A stretch of DNA of 64,000 nucleotides, from the NCBI GenBank assembly GCA_030599585.1, contig JAUVNS010000001.1, positions 192,001 through 256,000 on the forward strand, in the 5' to 3' direction. Under the pieces are notes generated by a model, which saw only the letters and a list, made by a program, of their open reading frames with translations, ran no database searches and was not told where the DNA came from. This document shows positions 1 to 10,477 of the stretch, in pieces (position 1 is the stretch's first letter; each line of letters starts with the position of its first letter). The position numbers were made by a program, and so were the translations under genes. Source of the stretch: Promethearchaeota archaeon. GTDB lineage: Archaea > Asgardarchaeota > Lokiarchaeia > Sigyniarchaeales > SOKP01.

Positions 1-541
1 CGTTAGTCAAAAATTGTTGGAAGATATTTTTAACTAAAAAATTTACATCACTTTTAATGTTCAAGAAAGATTTAGCTGCCTTATTTAGGTCTAATTCAGT
101 ACAAAATACATGATCTTGCGGTATGTTTAAATTTTTTGCAACGGTGTTAGCAAAATGTGTATAACTTGTCGATATAATGTATATATCCCATTTCTTCTTA
201 AGAATCTTCATTAATTCTGTACACCCCGGTAGCAGTCCTAAGTTCTGTTCTGCTAAACTAATTAGTTCCTTATCTGAAAAACAAGACATATATAAAGGTG
301 CAACTAATCTTAAGGTATCGCCCGGTTGGTAATCATCAATATTTAATTCTTCTTTTACGCCCGGAATCTCAATGAGATAATCGTCATACTCAGAAAGCAT
401 CTCGAAAAGTGCGCCGAAGTCAAAATCTTGTAATTCGAGAATAGGCTTTTGGTTTAATAATCGACTCAACTCCGCCGCGAAGTCCAATGTGCTCACAGGA
501 CCTTCCAAGTCCCAGCAACAAACGTTTTTAACCTTCAACAT
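1..541 (-). CDS. HAD-superfamily hydrolase, COG4030/EhaR-like (partial, runs off the window start)
   Basis: Not in the ORF track. Manual translation from ATG at 541 gives MLKVKNVCCWDLEGPVSTLDFAAEL...YDDYL...YQPGDTLRL...IISTSY, with the D-x-E-G-P HAD motif I typical of COG4030. Confidence 0.7.
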   Translation of the reverse strand, partial: MLKVKNVCCWDLEGPVSTLDFAAELSRLLNQKPILELQDFDFGALFEMLSEYDDYLIEIPGVKEELNIDDYQPGDTLRLVAPLYMSCFSDKELISLAEQNLGLLPGCTELMKILKKKWDIYIISTSYTHFANTVAKNLNIPQDHVFCTELDLNKAAKSFLNIKSDVNFLVKNIFQQFLTN

Positions 542-662
542 TGATCAATTTTAGTGTTAATAAGGAGAATGTAAAGATTTAGGCTATATGAGGTTTGCTA
601 AGAATATTATTAAGGATTTATTATATACAAGAGAAGACGATAAAAATGGTTTAAGTGGGAGA

Positions 663-1154
663 TTACTTTGATGTTTTAAAAATATCCTGAATCGATCGTT
701 CTTTTTGATTCCTTATTACAATTTCACGCCAATTAGGTTGAATTATATCAAATGCATTTTGAGCTAATTGAAGAAGTTGATCATCTGAGGAATTTAAATA
801 GTGACTTACGAATTCTAAAGCTCTTTTATCCTTAATTCGAGTTAAACTTTCAAGAATAAAAATAATCCTTAGTTTATCTGATTCACTTTCTGATTTTTTC
901 ATTTCGATTTCAAACTTTTCTAATATACCTAATGTGGCTCTACCGTCTCCAATTCGACCTAACGCTTCTATGATTCTGTTAACTACATTTGGGTTTGTTT
1001 CAGTTTTTAACGCACGACATAATAGGTTAACAGATCTACCATCTCTAAGAAAGCCTACTTGTCTTGCTGATTCGGCTCTTTTCTCAGAATCCTTGTCGTG
1101 AAGCATCTGTTTTATTAGATTATTAAAATTTTTGTTCTTAGCATGCCAAGCCAT
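663..1154 (-). CDS. HEAT/PBS-lyase repeat protein
   Basis: Repeats such as VVNRIIEALGRIGDGRA and IIFILESLTRIKDKRA. Confidence 0.75.
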   Translation of the reverse strand: MAWHAKNKNFNNLIKQMLHDKDSEKRAESARQVGFLRDGRSVNLLCRALKTETNPNVVNRIIEALGRIGDGRATLGILEKFEIEMKKSESESDKLRIIFILESLTRIKDKRALEFVSHYLNSSDDQLLQLAQNAFDIIQPNWREIVIRNQKERSIQDIFKTSK

Positions 1155-1252
1155 AATCTATGTAGATTTAAAATCGAAATTATTATAATTTGATCTTTAT
1201 AATATATAATTCTGCGAGTAATTTATCAGTATTTCAATATTTGCGTCAGACG

Positions 1253-2575
1253 CTATTGTAAGAGAGAGTTCATGTGATCTATCCTTTTTTGTAGTAGCTT
1301 TGCCGTTCCAATATCTTTTCTGTAAAATAGTTTACCACTAATGCATCCAACTCCTTGTTCAGCAACCTTTTCAGCGCTTTCTAAATCGTTAGCAACCCCA
1401 ATAATCCCCATGGCTCTCGATGATGTAGTGTAAACATTTCCTCCTTCTCTGTAAACAGATGCGTAGTAATACTTTGCACCAAGTTGTTTCAGTTTCTCCT
1501 TATTTATTATTACTAGTTCATTCTTTTGTGGAGACATAGGGTATCCTTTGGGAGCTAAATACTTGCAAACTGTAGCTTTATTTTCAAATTGGATGTCAGA
1601 TTTTAAATTACCATTAATAATTCCCATACAAATATCGATAAAATTGGTTTTTAACAGAGGTAATATGTTCATTGCTTCAGGATCTCCAAGCCTTGCGTTA
1701 AATTCAATTAATTTAATACCTTTAGCAGTTTTAATATAGCCCCCATACAGAAATCCTTTATATTCAACTCCTGTTTCTGCCTTAGTTGCTGCTACTACTT
1801 TCTTCATATCTTCTATTGCTTCGTCTACATCTTCCTGAGATATAAAGGGCATCAGATGGTTTTCCATTGAATAACTACCCATACCTCCGGTGTTTGGTCC
1901 CGCATCGTCTTCATATGCTCTCTTATGATCTTGAACTAAGGGAGTAGCTACTACATTTTTTCCATCAACAAATGTTTGAAGAGTAAATTCTTCTCCATCG
2001 ACTTTTTCCTCGAGTAGAATAGAAGCCTTTTGATCGATTAAAGTTTGACAGTAATCTAAAATATCTTGCTTAGAAAAAAGATGATCTCCATAGACCTTTA
2101 CACCCTTTCCTCCAGTCAGGCCATCTGGTTTAACTACAATATTTTCTTCACCTAAATCTTTAATGAAACTCTCTATATTTTCCATTGATCTGAAGCTTTT
2201 ACTTACAATATTGGATGTGATTTTGTATTTTTCCAAAAGATTACGTGTAAATATTTTCGAACCTTCTAATTGAGCGGCCTCAATTCTAGGACCGACGCAA
2301 GGAATTCCGCTCTTTTCCAAAGCATCAACAACACCAACGACAAGAGGCGCTTCTGGACCAATAACAGCGAAATCTATATTATTTTTTTTAGAAAATTCAA
2401 TAATTTCACTGAAATCTGTTTCAGAGTGAATTTTTATCTTTCCTTGGCTTAAGTCTTCTAAACCCGCGTTTTTAGAACTCATGAACGCGTATAAAATTGC
2501 TCCATCCCTTACTAAAGTCTCTCCTAGTACATGTTCTCTAGCTCCATGTCCAATTATAAGAGTTTTGACTGTCAA
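1253..2575 (-). CDS. purD: Phosphoribosylamine--glycine ligase
   Basis: GxGAREH, IGPEAPL, LEGSK, VKPDGLTGGKGV, QDHKRAYEDDAGPNTGGMG, EFNARLGDPE. Confidence 0.97.
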   Translation of the reverse strand: MTVKTLIIGHGAREHVLGETLVRDGAILYAFMSSKNAGLEDLSQGKIKIHSETDFSEIIEFSKKNNIDFAVIGPEAPLVVGVVDALEKSGIPCVGPRIEAAQLEGSKIFTRNLLEKYKITSNIVSKSFRSMENIESFIKDLGEENIVVKPDGLTGGKGVKVYGDHLFSKQDILDYCQTLIDQKASILLEEKVDGEEFTLQTFVDGKNVVATPLVQDHKRAYEDDAGPNTGGMGSYSMENHLMPFISQEDVDEAIEDMKKVVAATKAETGVEYKGFLYGGYIKTAKGIKLIEFNARLGDPEAMNILPLLKTNFIDICMGIINGNLKSDIQFENKATVCKYLAPKGYPMSPQKNELVIINKEKLKQLGAKYYYASVYREGGNVYTTSSRAMGIIGVANDLESAEKVAEQGVGCISGKLFYRKDIGTAKLLQKRIDHMNSLLQ

Positions 2576-2686
2576 ATTTTTTACTCTCCTTTATTTGAAT
2601 TTCTTTTGAGTATTAAGATTATAATTGAATTTAAATTGTTTTGCATCAAATTTAAAGTAATTATTAATCAAAGATTATGAAGTCTA

Positions 2687-3337
2687 CTACGCTGACTTCT
2701 CGCTTAAAAAATATAAATATTTGTTATCAATCTTTTTTTTAACAATTACATCGTATTTTTCAAGGAGGATGAGATATTTTGCAAGAGTGTTCATATGCAT
2801 ATTTAATTTTTGCGATAAATTCGTTTTTGTAATCCCTAAATTGTCTTTTTTCATGAAGCTAATAATCTTCTGACTTTTTTCTTTCGTAGTAAAATAAGTA
2901 GAGCTTATGTCTTCAATTTCTGTGGTTGCATCAAAATATATCTCGTGGTTCTCTAAGATTTTTTTGGAAATGAAATCGAATTTCAATAACATACTTAGGT
3001 GCCAAACAACGATGTGGTTACCATAATTTAACTCGTGGAGAATTTTGTTAAAATAAGTTCCTGGATTTTTGATGATAAATTCGTAAATTTCCTTCCGCTT
3101 TTCATTATTCAATATCTCACCCTTAATTAACTTAGAGCCTTCTACAATTAATTTTTTGTTTGTAAGAGATATCAAAATTTTCCTAACTCCCTCGTTGCTA
3201 ATATTTATAGAACTCAGTCTAATTCTTGAATTTATATACGGAAGAATTTCTTCAAACGTGAATTGACGATTTTTATTCAAATAATCGTGGACAATGGCTA
3301 AAATGATTTTTTCTTCTTCAACCAGCTCTAGTACCAT
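2687..3337 (-). CDS. Multi-winged-helix transcriptional regulator (COG3398/ArsR-like)
   Basis: RKEIYEFIIKNPG...VWHLSML plus further HTH modules. ATG at 3337, just after the upstream stop, is preferred over the ORF-track start at 3367. Confidence 0.75.
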   Translation of the reverse strand: MVLELVEEEKIILAIVHDYLNKNRQFTFEEILPYINSRIRLSSINISNEGVRKILISLTNKKLIVEGSKLIKGEILNNEKRKEIYEFIIKNPGTYFNKILHELNYGNHIVVWHLSMLLKFDFISKKILENHEIYFDATTEIEDISSTYFTTKEKSQKIISFMKKDNLGITKTNLSQKLNMHMNTLAKYLILLEKYDVIVKKKIDNKYLYFLSEKSA

Positions 3338-3338
3338 A

Positions 3339-4718
3339 TTATGTATAAAGCCTCTTAGTATCGTCAAGTCTACTTTTCTTCTGTTGCTCAGATTTATTTA
3401 TCATTTCTTTGAAGACTGCATCTCTTTCCTCTGGGGTTAAAGCTATCATTTCTCGGATAAAATCTATTAAATCGTCCTCTTCCCAATCGAAAGTATTGAT
3501 AACTTTGAAAAAATCTTCTGAGAGTGCTGTTGCTTTTATATCCTCAATGTTTGATATGTTGTCAGCTGATAATTCTTTTAATTGAAATAATAGTCGTTTA
3601 TTATCGAGTAAAGCATCTAATCTTTTCGAATCATATTTCACATTACTGAAAGTTCCATCGATAATTTTATTAGTATCTAGTTCCTTATAATGGCCTGAAA
3701 AAATACGCTCCTTGTAGTGAATTACAGTATAACCAATGCTTATACTCAGCGAGCTTAATATGGCTATTAAAATGAATAGGAATAGCGGATTATCGATAAT
3801 ACTCTTAATTTTAAAAATACCTGCGATTCCTACCTTAGGATCGTGATAAATATGTGTACCTCGAGGGTAGACAAGATAGACTTTTTGCTCGTCTCCGTCG
3901 TAATCGTCAACATCTAAATCACTCATTAATACTTCTTTCGAAATTCCGTCAATAGTAGCGTTATTTTTCCACGTAAAAATTCCTGTAAAATTATTCATTT
4001 CAGAGATGAGTCCCTTCTCGTTAGTAGCATATTCCCTTATTTCGTCTTCTGTTTCTTCTTCCTCTTCATAATCATTTTCAGATTCTAAAGAAGTATACAA
4101 TGCAAGTTGAGAACTAATGTTGATATAAGAAAAATTTGTTATTTCTATGTCTATTTTCGATTGAACAGGAGTTATTAAAGTACCATTGACTATGTGAAAT
4201 TCTTCGGAAAAGTAAATATGAGCGGTGAAAACTCCGTTTGTTGTATTAATAACAAAATAATGAAGGACAGTATTATCAGTAATATTTATCTGAGTATATT
4301 TAACTGGTAGAAAATCGGTCAGATTAAATTCCTGTATTGTATCATCAATTACGGGATCGTATATAGAATTACTATCTATATCAACAAATTCAACGAGTTT
4401 CCGAAAGATTATTCCAAATTCTAATTCTAATTCAGTAGAAGCTATTTCAGATTCATAACTGACTTCTATGCTCAATCCTTCGCTGTCCATTATTACTTTC
4501 AGCTGGATTTCGTCTATTCGATCTCCGCTTCTTAAAGACGATTCAATTTGAATTTGACTAGTCTCTATTTCAATGCTAATGTCTCTTTTATTTAGATCTT
4601 CAAAGTCGTCATCAATTCCATCGTCATCATCGTCAGAAGCAGCAGCATAACTAAAATTGAGACTTAATAATGATATTCCAATTAGAATCATTACAAAAAT
4701 GTAACTTTTCTTGCTCAA
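3339..4718 (-). CDS. Acidic membrane-anchored surface protein with extra cytoplasmic C-terminal domain (paralog of 4868-5896)
   Basis: Signal peptide, DDDDDGIDDDFE, YHDP before a TM helix, ~120-aa cytoplasmic tail. Confidence 0.7.
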   Translation of the reverse strand: MSKKSYIFVMILIGISLLSLNFSYAAASDDDDDGIDDDFEDLNKRDISIEIETSQIQIESSLRSGDRIDEIQLKVIMDSEGLSIEVSYESEIASTELELEFGIIFRKLVEFVDIDSNSIYDPVIDDTIQEFNLTDFLPVKYTQINITDNTVLHYFVINTTNGVFTAHIYFSEEFHIVNGTLITPVQSKIDIEITNFSYINISSQLALYTSLESENDYEEEEETEDEIREYATNEKGLISEMNNFTGIFTWKNNATIDGISKEVLMSDLDVDDYDGDEQKVYLVYPRGTHIYHDPKVGIAGIFKIKSIIDNPLFLFILIAILSSLSISIGYTVIHYKERIFSGHYKELDTNKIIDGTFSNVKYDSKRLDALLDNKRLLFQLKELSADNISNIEDIKATALSEDFFKVINTFDWEEDDLIDFIREMIALTPEERDAVFKEMINKSEQQKKSRLDDTKRLYT

Positions 4719-4867
4719 TTTTTATTACACTCTCACGAATTATTTTTTCATTTCAATTTTTTTGATAAATCTCATAAATCGGCAACTTTAATTTTATTTT
4801 TACAGACTTGATTAAAAACCTTTAGCTTAAATAAAATAATAAAAAAAAATTATGTTGTGTTAGGTAT

Positions 4868-5896
4868 TTATTTGATGTTTCGTCGTCGTCTGAGTACTAC
4901 AACTAATATAGCGCCAACTATTCCTACAATTGATATAATAGATACAATGACTACAATAGGCAATTCAAATGGTGCTGCAGGAAATTCCATAACTCCCATT
5001 ATAGGATCGTGATATATGTGACTACCGCGAGGATAATTCAAATACATTTTCTGTTCATTTTCATCGTCGTCATCTACTTCAATAGGACTTCCTAAAACTA
5101 CTTTAGAAACGCCATCAATTGTAGCATTTTCGGTCCAAGTGAAAAATCCAGCAAAATCAGTACCATATATGATTACCCCCGTTTCATCAGAGGCGTGTCC
5201 TTCTTCTTCATTTTCAGTGTGCTCATCTTCTTCATATTCCACTTCAGATTCTAATTTCGTATATAAAGCAAGTTGAGAGGATCCGTTGATATAATTAAAG
5301 TCAGTAATTTCAATATCAATCTTCGTTTGCGTAGGCTTGATGAAAGTTCCATTAACGATATCAAATTCTTCTACTAAGTAAATGTGAGCCGCAAATACGC
5401 CATCGGTCGTGTTAACAATGAAATAGTGAAGCAATGTATCACCAGATATATTTATTGGAGTGTAAATAGCAGGTTGGAAACTGTCTAAAAGAACCTCTTG
5501 GATTGTATCATCAATTGATGAATTGTAAATCCCATTATCATCCATATCAACGAATTCGATTAATTTTCGAAAAGTTACTTCAAATTCTATTTCGAACTCA
5601 GTTGAATTTTCCGAAGTCATTTCAGATTCATAACTAATTTCTACACTTAACCCTTCGCTTTCAAACGTTAGCTTTAATTGAATTTCGTCTTTTTTAGCCC
5701 CATTTCTCATGGAGGACTCAATTTGGATTTGATTTGGTTCAAATTCAATGCTGATATCCCGCTTATTTGATTCCTCGAAGTCATCGTCAATTCCGTCATC
5801 GTCATCATCGCTAGCAGAAACTAAACTCGATGCGCTCGTAAGAACTAAAATACCTAAAAGTACTATCCCAATTAGATTGTAATTCTTTAATTTCAT
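4868..5896 (-). CDS. Acidic membrane-anchored surface protein (putative Ca-binding)
   Basis: Signal peptide, DDDDDGIDDDFE, DMDDNGIYN, YHDP, C-terminal TM followed by RRRR. Confidence 0.7.
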   Translation of the reverse strand: MKLKNYNLIGIVLLGILVLTSASSLVSASDDDDDGIDDDFEESNKRDISIEFEPNQIQIESSMRNGAKKDEIQLKLTFESEGLSVEISYESEMTSENSTEFEIEFEVTFRKLIEFVDMDDNGIYNSSIDDTIQEVLLDSFQPAIYTPINISGDTLLHYFIVNTTDGVFAAHIYLVEEFDIVNGTFIKPTQTKIDIEITDFNYINGSSQLALYTKLESEVEYEEDEHTENEEEGHASDETGVIIYGTDFAGFFTWTENATIDGVSKVVLGSPIEVDDDDENEQKMYLNYPRGSHIYHDPIMGVMEFPAAPFELPIVVIVSIISIVGIVGAILVVVLRRRRNIK

Positions 5897-6295
5897 TATA
5901 ATTTTCTCCTAATTTCAATTTTTAATATAGATGTCATTATAAAATAGATCTTCAGATTCCTCTAATAAAGCAACATGGTAAAATTGTGAACTACGATATT
6001 ATCAACAAGGTCTTTCAAGCTAACCATTATTCCCAAGCAAATAGTTATCTTTTATTTATGCTTGTTTTTCTAAAAATAATTACAGAATTGAGTTAATAAT
6101 ATTTTAATTTGAAAATTGATTTCTAAAAGGAAAATTAGGAAGAAAACCCTTATAATTTGAAAAATTTGGTTATTAAATAACTAATCTGACTCTTTTTAAA
6201 GGAGAAAGTAATTAAATATTTAATTAAAGTCTTCATTTAAAACTTTGATATAGGAATTATCTATGTAAATTTAAATTTAGGATGACTGAAGTATT

Positions 6296-8929
6296 ATGAA
6301 AGCTAAAGGTATTCTCGCTCTAACAGACGAAAAATTAAGATGTTCTGCTATGCCATTAGGAGGAATAGGTACAGGCACAATTGCACTTGGAGGAGATGGA
6401 CTTCTAAAGCAATGGCAAATAACAAACACAGTAAACCATCGCGCCTTCGTGCCTAACAGTTTTTTCGCTGTAAGAACTCGTACATTGAGTAGCTCGAATG
6501 AAAAATCAATTTCACGAGCGCTTATATGTACTAAACCTCACGATGCTATTGATTTTATACCCGCTAAATCTGTTAGTGATCATATAATCACTAAAAATAT
6601 GAAAGAGTTCTTTGGTAAATTACCTCAAGTTGAAAATATTATTTATGATGGCGAATACCCCTTTTCATTCTTAAAGTTTGAAGATTCTAAACTTCCTGTT
6701 GAAATCAGATTAACCGCATTTAACCCTTTTATCCCCTTAGATGCAAAAAATTCGGGATTGCCTTTAATTGTATTTCAATTTCGCATTAAAAATATCTCAA
6801 ATGAGCCAATTGAAGCAATTATTTTAGGAAATTTGTTTAATTTCTTAGGATGGGACGGTTTGAAAACTATTAGAGGTGAATCTCATCCCCTTTTTGGTGG
6901 TAATTATAACATTCATAAGAAAATAGGTGAGTGGAACGCTATATATATGAGATCAAAAATACTTCTTAAATCAGATAAGCGATATGGTAATTTAACACTT
7001 GCAACCGATCAACAACATGTTTCGGTATCACCTCAATGGGATAATTTGGATAATTTTTGGTCCAACTTTATAGAAAAAGGTACTCTGTTAAGAAGCGAAT
7101 TAGAAGAAGCAAGTGATATTGGGAGAACTTGGACTGGAAGTCTAGCTGTTAAAAAAAAAATGAAACCTAACGAGGAAAAAGTGATCACATTTTTTATTGC
7201 TTGGAGTTTTCCAAATCGTCTTGTTGACTGGCATCTCAATTCTGCATTAATTAACGATTTTCAATCTGAGTTTTGGATTGGAAACCAATATAATAAGTGG
7301 TTCAAGAATTCTTCAGAAGTTATCAAATATGTTAAACTCAATTTTCAATACCTTTCGAATTACACTTCCAAATTCCACGATGCGTTTTTTTCCAGCACTT
7401 TACCGCCTGAAGTTTTAACTTCAATTTCCGCTAATTTTTCGACAATCAGAACGCCTACTTGCTTGTGGATTGGAGATGGATCTTTTCACGGATTTGAAGG
7501 ATGTCATGGGGCTTCTACGGGTGGAAAGTCTGGAGGATGTTGCCCATTAAATTGCACCCATGTATGGAACTACGAGTTTAGCTTAGCTCATTTATTTCCT
7601 ACTTTAGAAAGGTCAATGAGAGAAACAGAATTTAAAACCCAACATAAATTGGGGTATTTACCACACCGTACTGTTATTCCTTTATACTTACCTCAATTTG
7701 GGGAAACACCAGATTTCGGTGATGTTCCACCTGCAATTGATGGAATGTTTGGTATGATTCTTAAAATTTATCGCGATTATTTAATAACTAGAGATCTTGA
7801 TTTTCTAAAAAATTCATGGAGCTACATTCAAAAATTAATGGAGTATATCTTAAAAGAATATTATGTTGATTTTGAAGGAACAATAACTCGCGCACAACCT
7901 AACACTTATGACTGCTCTATCTACGGTTTCAATACTTTTGTAGGATCACTTAATCTTACTGCGCTACTTGCCTGCGAGAAAATCGCTTTAGAGTTAAATC
8001 TTCTTGATTGGGCGGATAGATGTAAGAAATTATATAATTTTAGTCAACAAATTGTAGATAAGGAGTGTTGGAACGGTGAATTTTACATCCAAAAGTACGA
8101 CGAAAAGAAGGTTAAAGAGTTTCAATATGGCATTGGATGTTTCTCAGATCAATTACTTGGGCAATGGTGGGCGTTTCATTTAGGCTTGGGATTTATATTT
8201 CCTAAAGAACATGTCCAACAAGCTATAAAATCAATTGTCAAATATAATTATAAAGAAACTCTTAATGGATTAAAACAAACTCCGAGAGAATTTGCTTCTA
8301 ATTATGATTCGGGTTTGCTGACTTGTAGTTGGCCAAATGGAGGTAAGCCTGAAACCCCAACACTGTACACGGACGAAGTTTGGACAGGGATTGAATACGA
8401 AGTTGCTGCGCTCTGTTTTTACATCGGAGAAATTGAGTCGGGTTTGAAAATAGTAAAAGCAGTTAGAGATAGATACGATGGAACTCATCGGAATCCTTGG
8501 AACGAGGTAGAATGTGGCGATCACTATGTAAGAGCTATGTCTTCTTGGACCTTACTCCATGCTTTAACAGGAATATCGTATTCTTCAAAGTTAAATCAAA
8601 TATCCTTATCTCCTAAATTAAATCAGCGAGAATTTCAATCGTTTTTTATTACTAAATCAGCTTGGGGTAGAGTATTTCAAAAAATTACGCAAAAAACGCT
8701 TGTTTGCTCCATAGCAATCTCTTACGGAACTTTGAAGTTGAGTTCGATAAAGATTGATTTAAAAAACGATTTTAAGGACGTAAAAATAAGTAAATCTACC
8801 ATTATTTCAGAAGGATTTTCTCAAGACGTAAGTGTAACGCAAATTTTCAATAGTTCGATTATTGAAATTTCATTTGATGAACCCTTGAATCTAAACGAAA
8901 AAGACCAACTTCGTTTAGAATTTGAATGA
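6296..8929 (+). CDS. GH116 glycoside hydrolase (GBA2/glucosylceramidase-like)
   Basis: MPLGGIGTG, NPFIPLD..NSGLP, FEGC, NCTHVWNY, QPNTYD, EVWTGIEY, NPWNEVECGDHYVRAMSSW. Confidence 0.92.
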   Translation: MKAKGILALTDEKLRCSAMPLGGIGTGTIALGGDGLLKQWQITNTVNHRAFVPNSFFAVRTRTLSSSNEKSISRALICTKPHDAIDFIPAKSVSDHIITKNMKEFFGKLPQVENIIYDGEYPFSFLKFEDSKLPVEIRLTAFNPFIPLDAKNSGLPLIVFQFRIKNISNEPIEAIILGNLFNFLGWDGLKTIRGESHPLFGGNYNIHKKIGEWNAIYMRSKILLKSDKRYGNLTLATDQQHVSVSPQWDNLDNFWSNFIEKGTLLRSELEEASDIGRTWTGSLAVKKKMKPNEEKVITFFIAWSFPNRLVDWHLNSALINDFQSEFWIGNQYNKWFKNSSEVIKYVKLNFQYLSNYTSKFHDAFFSSTLPPEVLTSISANFSTIRTPTCLWIGDGSFHGFEGCHGASTGGKSGGCCPLNCTHVWNYEFSLAHLFPTLERSMRETEFKTQHKLGYLPHRTVIPLYLPQFGETPDFGDVPPAIDGMFGMILKIYRDYLITRDLDFLKNSWSYIQKLMEYILKEYYVDFEGTITRAQPNTYDCSIYGFNTFVGSLNLTALLACEKIALELNLLDWADRCKKLYNFSQQIVDKECWNGEFYIQKYDEKKVKEFQYGIGCFSDQLLGQWWAFHLGLGFIFPKEHVQQAIKSIVKYNYKETLNGLKQTPREFASNYDSGLLTCSWPNGGKPETPTLYTDEVWTGIEYEVAALCFYIGEIESGLKIVKAVRDRYDGTHRNPWNEVECGDHYVRAMSSWTLLHALTGISYSSKLNQISLSPKLNQREFQSFFITKSAWGRVFQKITQKTLVCSIAISYGTLKLSSIKIDLKNDFKDVKISKSTIISEGFSQDVSVTQIFNSSIIEISFDEPLNLNEKDQLRLEFE

Positions 8930-8977
8930 TTAGAAATAAAAAATATGATTGGATATTTTTTTCGAGGTTTGTGCGTC

Positions 8978-9565
8978 TTACTCTAATTTTTGGCCACAAC
9001 TTGCACAGAATTTAGCTTCCATTGCTAATTCAGTTCCGCAATTCTGACATTTTTTATTCTCCGGAACATCCTGAACATCTTGTGTTTCCTGAGTTTTTTT
9101 TTCTATACTCGAACCACAATGTGGGCAAAACTTGGCATCTTTATCAATTTCATCTCCACAATAAGGACAATTAACTTTCACGATGGGTGTTTCAATTTGA
9201 GTCGCTGACGCTAAAGAGATAGGTTTTGTTATCGTTTGAACAGTTCCTACTTGAACCGAAATTGGAAGAGTTATGTTGTGTCCTTTTTTAGTTAATAAGT
9301 TAGCTGTTAAAGTAAAGACGCCGTTTTCTTTAGGTAGTATTGAAAAGAGCCGATTACGGCTATTTCGCTTTGCGATTCCACCATAAAATTCTCTTTTTAT
9401 TAAAATTTTAACTTCTGGCGGCCCAGTTAAACTTACTTTAACTTGTGGCATATAACTATCAGTAAGATTTTGAACAGTAATGTAGAATTCTTTCCGTTTA
9501 TTTAAACTACAATAGAGCGCTTCTACATTTCCCTTTAAACTAATATGAAAATCTGTTTCAGACAT
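8978..9565 (-). CDS. Beta-rich N-domain plus double zinc-ribbon protein
   Basis: CPYCG...FCPHCG and CQNCG...FCASCG. Confidence 0.8.
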   Translation of the reverse strand: MSETDFHISLKGNVEALYCSLNKRKEFYITVQNLTDSYMPQVKVSLTGPPEVKILIKREFYGGIAKRNSRNRLFSILPKENGVFTLTANLLTKKGHNITLPISVQVGTVQTITKPISLASATQIETPIVKVNCPYCGDEIDKDAKFCPHCGSSIEKKTQETQDVQDVPENKKCQNCGTELAMEAKFCASCGQKLE

Positions 9566-9765
9566 AATTAATCTCGTTATTCTTTTTCTTCTTTAAGGTA
9601 ATTTGACTATATATTTTTTTACATTATTTCAAAAATTAAAGGAATCAAACAGAATTTAATGTATAATATAAAAATAGGTTAAGTAAATATATAACATTTG
9701 GAGACCAATTTTTCGTAAGAGATAAAATAATCGGGAAAATTACTAAATTATGTTTTTGAATGGTT

Positions 9766-10341
9766 TTAGCTCATTATTTTCTGTTTGAAGATATCGATTG
9801 TTTCCGAAATTTCATTTAGACGCACAGAAAATTCTTTTGGTTTTAACTTTTTCAACTTTTCAAAATCACGGATAATTTCTTTGAATTCGCTAATCCAAAT
9901 TTTCATAAGTATCTCGTTCTCTTTTCCTTCGACTTGCTTATTAATGATTCTACTGATAGAAGAATCAACTTTATCCATAAATTTCTTTTCATTTATTGTA
10001 TAAGAGATTTTTAAAACATCTTGTTGAGTTTTGAGGATTTCAATATCTTCGTTCATTGATGATTTATGTTGTAATAATTCTTCATTAAACTTATTTATCA
10101 TAGCCATGATGATTTCTTCTTGAGTTCTAATAGTTTGTTCAATTCGTTCTTGACTCGATATAATATCACCCCTAAGGGATGTCATCTCTTGTTTTACGAA
10201 CTTCATATCACCTTCTAAATTAGAAACTTGCTCATTTAGATTTTGAATCGTTTTAGTGTTAGACTTAATCATATTCATTTTGGATATGGTCTTTTCGAAT
10301 TGGTCTGCTAGATGGTGCAAGCTTTTTGGGACATCTTTCAT
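9766..10341 (-). CDS. Coiled-coil protein (may start at ATT 10434)
   Basis: Heptad-rich; the frame stays open upstream to a TGA inside a GGTGA RBS. Confidence 0.7.
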   Translation of the reverse strand: MKDVPKSLHHLADQFEKTISKMNMIKSNTKTIQNLNEQVSNLEGDMKFVKQEMTSLRGDIISSQERIEQTIRTQEEIIMAMINKFNEELLQHKSSMNEDIEILKTQQDVLKISYTINEKKFMDKVDSSISRIINKQVEGKENEILMKIWISEFKEIIRDFEKLKKLKPKEFSVRLNEISETIDIFKQKIMS

Positions 10342-10477
10342 AGAATTGAAATCTTTTTCGAGTTTATCAACTTGTTCAATTAAATGTTGAAAATCTTTGG
10401 GAGTAATTTCTTCAATATTTTCTTTCTTAGGAATTCTATTTCACCATTAATGTTCTAATATGTTTGCATAATAAATT

